A program made the translations under genes and the position numbers. Shown here piece by piece: positions 57,649 to 64,000 of a stretch of 64,000 nt of DNA; position 1 is the first letter of the stretch; every line of letters starts with the position of its first letter. The notes under the pieces were generated by a model. That model saw only the letters and a list, made by a program, of their open reading frames with translations, was not told the DNA's origin and did no database searches. The stretch is taken from positions 1,761-65,760 of IMG/VR virus record IMGVR_UViG_3300042465_008100; one strand, 5' to 3'. The stretch is from a virus (Duplodnaviria > Caudoviricetes).

Positions 57649-58803
57649 ATGAGCAATGAATTTAACATAAAGAATGGGTTTATATCCAACGATAACTCTC
57701 GTGTTATCGGTAATTTAACAGCATCAACATTTTATGGTAGTGGAGCAGGTTTAACTGGTGTACAAGCTGGTGATTGGACTGGTGGTACAGTAAGTGGTTT
57801 TGCAACATTTCAAGCTGGTTTATCAGCAACAACAATATCAGCAACAACATATTATGGTGATGGTAGTCAATTAAATGGTGTTGTAGCTACTAACTGGGCT
57901 GGTGGTAATGTACCTGACCCATCAACATTTGCTCAAATAACAGTAACTGGTAACACATTTTTAAGTGTAGTTACGGCAACAACAATATCTGGTGTAACAA
58001 CATTAAGGTCTGGTACAATATCAGCAACAACAATTACTGCAACAAATTATACTAATTTACCCACTGATATAAGAGTAACAGGTGGTACATATTCTGCATC
58101 AGTATCAACAATTATATTCACAAACAATACAGGTGGTACATTTAATGTAACTGGTATAACAGCCACTGGTGGTGGTTCATTTACTGGGGGTACAGTAACA
58201 GGTGCAACTATATTTACAAATGGCTTAACAGCTAATACAATAAATATTAGTTCTTTACAATCTGGCACATTTGCATCTAGTTTAGGTGTAGATAATACTG
58301 GTAGAATTGTTAGTGGTCAAACTACAAGTAACTTCACTGGTGGTACAGTAACTGGTGGAACCATATTTACAGGTGGGATAACTGCAAATACAATATCAGC
58401 GACTACTTATAATAACTTACCTATTACTGGGGTTAGTGGTGTTGGTGTTATTACTGTAACACCAACTGGTGGTGGCGGTTATGCGATATCACAAACTTCT
58501 ACTTCAGCAATTAATGTAACTGGTGGTACATATAACCCAAGTACTAGAACAATTGGTTTTTCAGCTGACCCAATAACCTCTAGTTTTTCAGTCACAGGTT
58601 TTACATCTGATTATACAAGATTAAGTGATTGGGATTCAGTAAATTTATACCATTATTCTGGTTCAGCACCAAGTGGTACTTTGACTAGTGACCCTTATTG
58701 GACGATAAGACGTATTAGTTTTTCTGGTGCATCACCAACAACAATGACCGCAAATGGTTCTTGGGATAATAGGCTTAGTTTACAATATTCAACATACCCT
58801 TAA
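57649..58803 (+). CDS. Tail fibre-like protein
   Basis: MSNEFNIKNG N-terminus; same SATTY/FTGGTVTG modules as the 52320 ORF; C-terminal YSGSAP..TS...W.IRRI...WDNR module. Confidence 0.7.
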   Translation: MSNEFNIKNGFISNDNSRVIGNLTASTFYGSGAGLTGVQAGDWTGGTVSGFATFQAGLSATTISATTYYGDGSQLNGVVATNWAGGNVPDPSTFAQITVTGNTFLSVVTATTISGVTTLRSGTISATTITATNYTNLPTDIRVTGGTYSASVSTIIFTNNTGGTFNVTGITATGGGSFTGGTVTGATIFTNGLTANTINISSLQSGTFASSLGVDNTGRIVSGQTTSNFTGGTVTGGTIFTGGITANTISATTYNNLPITGVSGVGVITVTPTGGGGYAISQTSTSAINVTGGTYNPSTRTIGFSADPITSSFSVTGFTSDYTRLSDWDSVNLYHYSGSAPSGTLTSDPYWTIRRISFSGASPTTMTANGSWDNRLSLQYSTYP

Positions 58804-58815
58804 AAACAATATATT

Positions 58816-59052
58816 ATGGAAAATAGAAATTACACTTTTAATTTAATTAATATTAATGGTGACCAATATGAATTGGGTATAACATCATGGATTAATGAAA
58901 CAATCGCTGTTGATGAGCAGATTAACGATAATGGAACTGATGTTATAGTTAAAGTAGCAAAACAAGTTATGTCAGATGTTATTGAAGAAAAATTTTATGG
59001 TACTTTGTTAGAATGTACAAATTATATAAACAATTTTAGTAATTCAAATTAA
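58816..59052 (+). CDS. Small acidic protein, possible fibre assembly chaperone
   Basis: 78-aa ORF between fibre genes; function inferred from position only. Confidence 0.5.
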   Translation: MENRNYTFNLININGDQYELGITSWINETIAVDEQINDNGTDVIVKVAKQVMSDVIEEKFYGTLLECTNYINNFSNSN

Positions 59053-59060
59053 TATTATAT

Positions 59061-60236
59061 ATGGCCATTAAATACATAACAGGGACATCAACAGCTGGCT
59101 TTTGGACAGCTGCAACGGCTGCTGGTACGTTTCAATGGAATGATGGAACGTTACCAACGTCTGTTGATGACGTGTATGCTAATGGTAAAACAATTGGTAT
59201 TAATATGGCTACAGGTATCACTGTTAATAGTTTAAATAACGGTAAATTAGTATCACCATTAGTTCGGGAAGGTGGTACATTTTCATCAAACACAGCAAAT
59301 ATAACAATAACAGCTAGTGTTACAGGTATTACTGAATATAGAACAAATCCAATTTTAACATTAAATCATACTACTGGTACAATAACTTTTAATGGTAATA
59401 TATATGGGTCGATGGGTACTTATTTAAGTGCAACAGGTGTGCTTACTGACCCAAGTTCAGCAGGTGCCGTTATTTCAAATAATAATGCTGGTGCTTTAAG
59501 AATAAATGGTAATATGAGTGGTGGTGTTAATACTTATTTGTATATTAATGGTAATAGTGTAAACACAATTTCAGGTAATGTTATAACTTCACAAACTAAC
59601 ATACCATCATTAGCTGTGGCTAGAGGTTCAATACACGCAAATGCGGCAATAACATCGATTAACGTAATTGGAAATGTTTATGGTGGGAGTGAGGCTTATC
59701 GTTGCGGTATTTTTTTAAATAGTACTGGTACTGTTAATATAACTGGAAATACTTATGCTGGAACTAGTAGTACAATATCTTCAGCAATTCATTCAACGGC
59801 AGTGGTTACGGTAAATGTTTCAGGAACAGCATTTTCAAGTAGTATATATCCAGCAATAACTTTAACTAACACGGCATCAAGAGTATTTATAACTGGTGGT
59901 ACAGTATCAACTAATGGTATAAATCCAATTTTTGCCTATAGAGTTTTTTGTGGGCCATCAAATGCTGGTCAAACAATGGTTTTAACCACTACTGATAATA
60001 CTAGTAGATATTTAATAACATCAGCACAAACGGCAACAACATCATCATTTATTGTTCCACCAATAACTAATGTTAGAAGTGGTACAACATATAATAACAA
60101 CTCAAATATTGGGGCTATGTGTGTGCCAACATCGGCACAAACAGCATATGGTGTTTCTGTGGATAACACAACTGGAACCGCATTATTTACAATACCATAT
60201 TTTGGAGCATTATTACAATCATATACTACTAAATAA
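59061..60236 (+). CDS. Beta-helix-like fibre/adhesin paralogue 1
   Basis: N-cap W..GTLPTSVDDVYAN, G/N/T/I beta-solenoid core, C-terminal NVRSGTTY...VP...GVSVDN. Confidence 0.7.
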   Translation: MAIKYITGTSTAGFWTAATAAGTFQWNDGTLPTSVDDVYANGKTIGINMATGITVNSLNNGKLVSPLVREGGTFSSNTANITITASVTGITEYRTNPILTLNHTTGTITFNGNIYGSMGTYLSATGVLTDPSSAGAVISNNNAGALRINGNMSGGVNTYLYINGNSVNTISGNVITSQTNIPSLAVARGSIHANAAITSINVIGNVYGGSEAYRCGIFLNSTGTVNITGNTYAGTSSTISSAIHSTAVVTVNVSGTAFSSSIYPAITLTNTASRVFITGGTVSTNGINPIFAYRVFCGPSNAGQTMVLTTTDNTSRYLITSAQTATTSSFIVPPITNVRSGTTYNNNSNIGAMCVPTSAQTAYGVSVDNTTGTALFTIPYFGALLQSYTTK

Positions 60237-61340
60237 ATGGCAATAAAATACATATCAGCAGGTACTGTTGGGTCATTACAAATATGGTCCTCAGCAACTA
60301 CTTGGAATAATAATACACTACCAACATCTGTTGATGATGTATATGCTAATAATAGAAATGTTTGGGTTGATACTAGTTTCAATGTGAATATTTTATCAAA
60401 TACTGCTAGTGGTGCTACTATTACCGCTGGTGGTACTTTTCACATATTGGATAATAATATATCAATAACAGCAACAATTATATCAGCTGGTAGTCCAACA
60501 ACATTGATAAATGTTTACACACCACCAAATAGTAATACAACAATAACTTCAAATATTATAAGTAGTACAGCTACTACTGGAAATATAATTGCTTTTACTG
60601 GGTCACCTTTTGCTACTTTAACAGTAAATGGAAATTTAACAGGTGCTAGTAATACATATTTATTGAATAGTGTCAACGGTACTGTAAATATTTCAGGTAT
60701 TACCGCACTTAAATCAGGTATTTCGGTGACTGGGGTAAGAAACACATCAATAGGTACGATAAATTTTTATGGTGAAATATCTGGTGGTACGGCAGCAAAT
60801 TCTAGGACAGTTGCAAACGAAAGCACAGGGACTATTAATGTTTTTGGTAATGTATATGGTGGAACAAATATTACAAACGCACCAGCTATATCAAGTATAA
60901 CAGCTAGTATTAATGCAATAAGTGGTAATGTTATTGCTAGTACTTTTCACCCAGCATTAATATCAACAAATGTTAGTGCAAGAAATATTATACTTAATGC
61001 AACTTATTCAACAAATGGAGTACCACCATATATTTGTGAAAGAATTTATGCTTATCAACCATCATCATCAGTACCTCAAACAATAACAATATATGATACA
61101 GGCTCAATTGCTAATATTTTAAATACATCGGGATATACCAATTCATTACCATTAAATTATGATGTTAGAAGTGGTGTCACTTATGGGATAGCTGGTCAAT
61201 CGATAGGCACTATGGTTGTCCCTGAATCAAGTGAGGTTAAAATAGGTGTTCAAGTAGATAATACAAGAGGTATTGCAATTGTAACTACAGCTGACACTTC
61301 GGCAATGTTAATATCATATAGAACTAAAAATATAACGTAA
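60237..61340 (+). CDS. Beta-helix-like fibre/adhesin paralogue 2
   Basis: TLPTSVDDVYAN; C-terminal DVRSGVTYG...VP...GVQVDN. Confidence 0.7.
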   Translation: MAIKYISAGTVGSLQIWSSATTWNNNTLPTSVDDVYANNRNVWVDTSFNVNILSNTASGATITAGGTFHILDNNISITATIISAGSPTTLINVYTPPNSNTTITSNIISSTATTGNIIAFTGSPFATLTVNGNLTGASNTYLLNSVNGTVNISGITALKSGISVTGVRNTSIGTINFYGEISGGTAANSRTVANESTGTINVFGNVYGGTNITNAPAISSITASINAISGNVIASTFHPALISTNVSARNIILNATYSTNGVPPYICERIYAYQPSSSVPQTITIYDTGSIANILNTSGYTNSLPLNYDVRSGVTYGIAGQSIGTMVVPESSEVKIGVQVDNTRGIAIVTTADTSAMLISYRTKNIT

Positions 61341-61344
61341 AAAT

Positions 61345-62592
61345 ATGGCAGGTAATAGATATATAACAGGTGGTACATCTGGGGTTTGGACAGCAGCAAC
61401 AACTGGTGCTTTTAAATGGAATGATTATGAAACATTGGGGTTACCAGTTTTTGATGATGATGTTTATGCTAATAATAAAACAGTTTATATTAATTCAAAT
61501 ATTAATGTTAAAAGTTTAAATACATTATCAGCTTCTGGTATTTCTGCTGGAGGTGGATTTTCAATAAGTGCTGGTACACCAAGTATTACAATAACATCAA
61601 CAACAATTAATGCTGGCACCTCATCATGTTTAAGTAATAATATGACTAGTAATATTTTATATATAATTGGTAATTTTAGTGGTGCAACTTCTGGAGGTTT
61701 TCATTCATTTATTAATAATTCAAGTGGTACTGTTTATATAACTGGAAATACAATTGGTAATTCAGGTAATGGGGTGTATAATCTTAGTACAGGTACTATT
61801 TATTTTTCAGGTAACTCTGTAACTTCAATAGGAACAAATAGTGGTCTTAGAAATGATAATATTGGAATTATTTATGCTATTGCAGATACTATTAGTGGTG
61901 GAACTAGTGGTGTTGGTATAAGTAATAATGGTGCAGGTAATGTGTTTATAACAGGAAATACTAGAGGTGGTCCTAATGGTTCTGGTGTGAACAATAATTC
62001 AACTGGTAATGTGTTTATAGTAGGAACTGCTATAGGTGGTTCTGGTGCTTATGGTGTGAACAATGGTTCAACTGGAAATATTTTTTTTTCAGGTAATGTT
62101 TCTGGAGGGACAGTAATTAATTTTCCTGGTATAAATAGTGCTACTGCTGGTATAATTAATGTAACTGGTAACTGTTATTCTAGTTCAGTTTCAGCGGCAA
62201 TTCAAAATACTAGTCAAAGTGGTTTATTAAATGTGGTTGGTAATGTGTATAATTTAAGTGGTATTTCAGCTATTTATAGTTATAATTTGAAGATTTCACC
62301 AACAGCTCCACAAAGTTTTACTATGCAAGATAACACAGTAACTAGTGCTAGCACGATATTTTCAACTAGTGCATATACAAATACATTACCTTTACCACAA
62401 GATGTAAGAAGTGGTTATACTTATGGGTTTTTAAGTGGGTTAACTGGAACTTGTGTTATACCACCATCACAATCGGTTTCAGTTGGTGTTAAAGTCGATA
62501 ATGGTTCAGGTGTTACCACAAGTGGTACATCTATAAATAGAATAATAGAGGCTGGAGCAATGTATGCCTCATTTGGTGTAAGCGGATATTAA
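61345..62592 (+). CDS. Beta-helix-like fibre/adhesin paralogue 3
   Basis: LPVFDDDVYAN; C-terminal DVRSGYTYG...IP...GVKVDN. Confidence 0.7.
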   Translation: MAGNRYITGGTSGVWTAATTGAFKWNDYETLGLPVFDDDVYANNKTVYINSNINVKSLNTLSASGISAGGGFSISAGTPSITITSTTINAGTSSCLSNNMTSNILYIIGNFSGATSGGFHSFINNSSGTVYITGNTIGNSGNGVYNLSTGTIYFSGNSVTSIGTNSGLRNDNIGIIYAIADTISGGTSGVGISNNGAGNVFITGNTRGGPNGSGVNNNSTGNVFIVGTAIGGSGAYGVNNGSTGNIFFSGNVSGGTVINFPGINSATAGIINVTGNCYSSSVSAAIQNTSQSGLLNVVGNVYNLSGISAIYSYNLKISPTAPQSFTMQDNTVTSASTIFSTSAYTNTLPLPQDVRSGYTYGFLSGLTGTCVIPPSQSVSVGVKVDNGSGVTTSGTSINRIIEAGAMYASFGVSGY

Positions 62593-62595
62593 GAT

Positions 62596-64000
62596 ATGGG
62601 AAATATTAGATATTATACAGGTGGTACTGGGGGGCCGTGGACAACTGCCGCAAACTGGGATGGTGGTACATTACCTGCTTCTGATGATGATGTTTATGCT
62701 AATGGTAAAAATATAACAATTAATACTGGTATAACCGTTAATAGTTTAAATACTAGTGGATATACATCACCTTTGATTTCTGATGGTGGTACTTTTCAAG
62801 TTACCTCATCTAGTGTCAATATTAATTTAACTAAAGGTTTATTTGCTGGTGGTGGTGTCGGGTTTCAATTAAATACAACAAATGGTTTAACTGTTAATAT
62901 CACCGCAACAACTTTACAAGCTGGTTCTGGAAATATTTCACATGGTATATATAATGCCACTACTGGTACAATAAATGTTACTGGAACTACTTTCGTCATG
63001 GGTACTGGTACTACAGCACATGGTATATATAATAACACTACAGGTACAATAAATGCTTATTTTAGTGAAAGTTATAGATTAAGTGGAACAACAGCATCAA
63101 CTGGTATTATGATTTATAATCAAGTAGCTGGCATATTAAATTTTAAAGGTACTAAAATAGAGAGTGGTTATGGTTCCGCAGCTTATGGTATACAAAATAG
63201 TACTGGTACTATTAATATAACCGCGTCAACACTTGTTGTTAATAGTGGTAGTAGTGCACATGGGATATATAATAGTAATTCTGGTACCATTAATTTCACA
63301 GCAAGTACTGATGAACCAAAACAATCATATAGAGTTGGTGATACAAGTGGTAATATGATACGAAATGATATTGGTACAGTAAATATTATAGGTACTGAAT
63401 TTTCAGCTGGAACTACTGGTACGACAGCTTTTGGTGTATATGCTACTAATGGTGGTACAATTAATATAACTGGTACTACATTTGGTAGTGGTCCTGCAAC
63501 TAGTTCACATGGTATATACGCTATTAGTAATAACACCACAATAAATGCTATAGGTGATATTTTTGTTATGGGTACTGGTGCGACAGCACATGGTATCTAT
63601 AATAATAATGCAGGTAGGATAAACGCTTATTTTAATACTAGTTATAGATTAAGTGGAACAACAGCATCAACTGGTGTAATGATTTATAATCTAAATAGTA
63701 CTACTAGTGGTGGTAGAATTGATTTTAAAGGTACTAAAATAGAGAGTGGTTATGGTCTTAACGCTTATGGTATACAAAATAATCATGGACCTATGAACAT
63801 AACCGCAACAACACTTGTTGTTAATAGTGGAACTGATGCACATGGTGTATATAATAATAGTTCCACCAACCCTGCCATAACTATAGTTAATTACACCGCA
63901 AATACATCAAATGAATCATATAGAGTTGGTGATACAAGTGGTAATATGATACGAAATGATTACGGTACAGTAAATATTATAGGTACTGAATTTTCAGCTG
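62596..64000 (+). CDS. Beta-helix-like fibre/adhesin paralogue 4 (3' truncated, absent from ORF track)
   Basis: Manual translation MGNIRYITGGTGGPWTTAANWDGGTLPASDDDVYANGK...; frame appears open to the window end. Confidence 0.8.
   Translation, partial: MGNIRYYTGGTGGPWTTAANWDGGTLPASDDDVYANGKNITINTGITVNSLNTSGYTSPLISDGGTFQVTSSSVNINLTKGLFAGGGVGFQLNTTNGLTVNITATTLQAGSGNISHGIYNATTGTINVTGTTFVMGTGTTAHGIYNNTTGTINAYFSESYRLSGTTASTGIMIYNQVAGILNFKGTKIESGYGSAAYGIQNSTGTINITASTLVVNSGSSAHGIYNSNSGTINFTASTDEPKQSYRVGDTSGNMIRNDIGTVNIIGTEFSAGTTGTTAFGVYATNGGTINITGTTFGSGPATSSHGIYAISNNTTINAIGDIFVMGTGATAHGIYNNNAGRINAYFNTSYRLSGTTASTGVMIYNLNSTTSGGRIDFKGTKIESGYGLNAYGIQNNHGPMNITATTLVVNSGTDAHGVYNNSSTNPAITIVNYTANTSNESYRVGDTSGNMIRNDYGTVNIIGTEFSA
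62990..64000 (+). repeat. ~570-591-nt internal tandem duplication
   Basis: GTTATAGATTAAGTGGAACAACAGCATCAACTGGT at 63071 and 63641; TCATATAGAGTTGGTGATACAAGTGGTAATATGATACGAAATGAT at 63325 and 63916. Confidence 0.85.

Noticed and set aside
5800-63539. Numerous antisense or alternate-frame ORFs in the track (e.g. 5800-6303, 6639-7163, 30723-31181, 39494-39880, 49824-50309, 59969-60382, 63183-63539)
   Set aside because: They lie inside well-supported genes, have atypical composition, and are expected shadows of codon bias and repeats.
1-64000. Stop-codon reassignment as in some jumbo phages
   Set aside because: Code 11 gives full-length, tightly packed genes, and TAG/TGA act as real stops (e.g. 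43538, 47345 and ATGA overlaps).
52320-64000. Diversity-generating retroelement or shufflon acting on fibre genes
   Set aside because: No reverse transcriptase or recombinase in the window; repeat copies differ at varied bases rather than specifically at adenines; no flanking inverted sites seen.

Overview
AT-rich, gene-dense segment of a large T4-superfamily (gp23-type capsid) myophage, probably a jumbo phage, using standard code 11. Several TTG-N19-20-TAnnTTTG promoters and the general absence of Shine-Dalgarno sites point to a Bacteroidota host (inference). Layout: 3' part of the major capsid gene and candidate head-internal proteins (1-4.1 kb); baseplate/virion genes and a gp55-like late sigma factor (4.1-9.8 kb); a ~26 kb minus-strand glycan island with about 12 glycosyltransferase-like genes, gmd, nucleotidyltransferase/kinase/HAD/epimerase-like genes, three methyltransferases and an SGNH protein, interleaved with phoH, dut, IMPDH/GMPR and an HD-like gene (9.8-36 kb); small virion-type genes including a WYL protein (36-38.6 kb); tail fibre/lectin genes, family B DNA polymerase, SNF2 helicase, neck and tail-completion genes (38.6-52.3 kb); and a fibre/adhesin cluster ending in four tandem paralogues (52.3-64 kb). 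Best novelty candidates: the glycan system with a possible activated-ketose donor cassette, a putatively packaged ADP-ribosyltransferase-like protein, an ATATTTAT late-promoter candidate, and two structured 5' leaders. All family assignments come from motif recognition by eye, not database searches. No tRNA, rRNA, CRISPR array, intein or transposase was seen.
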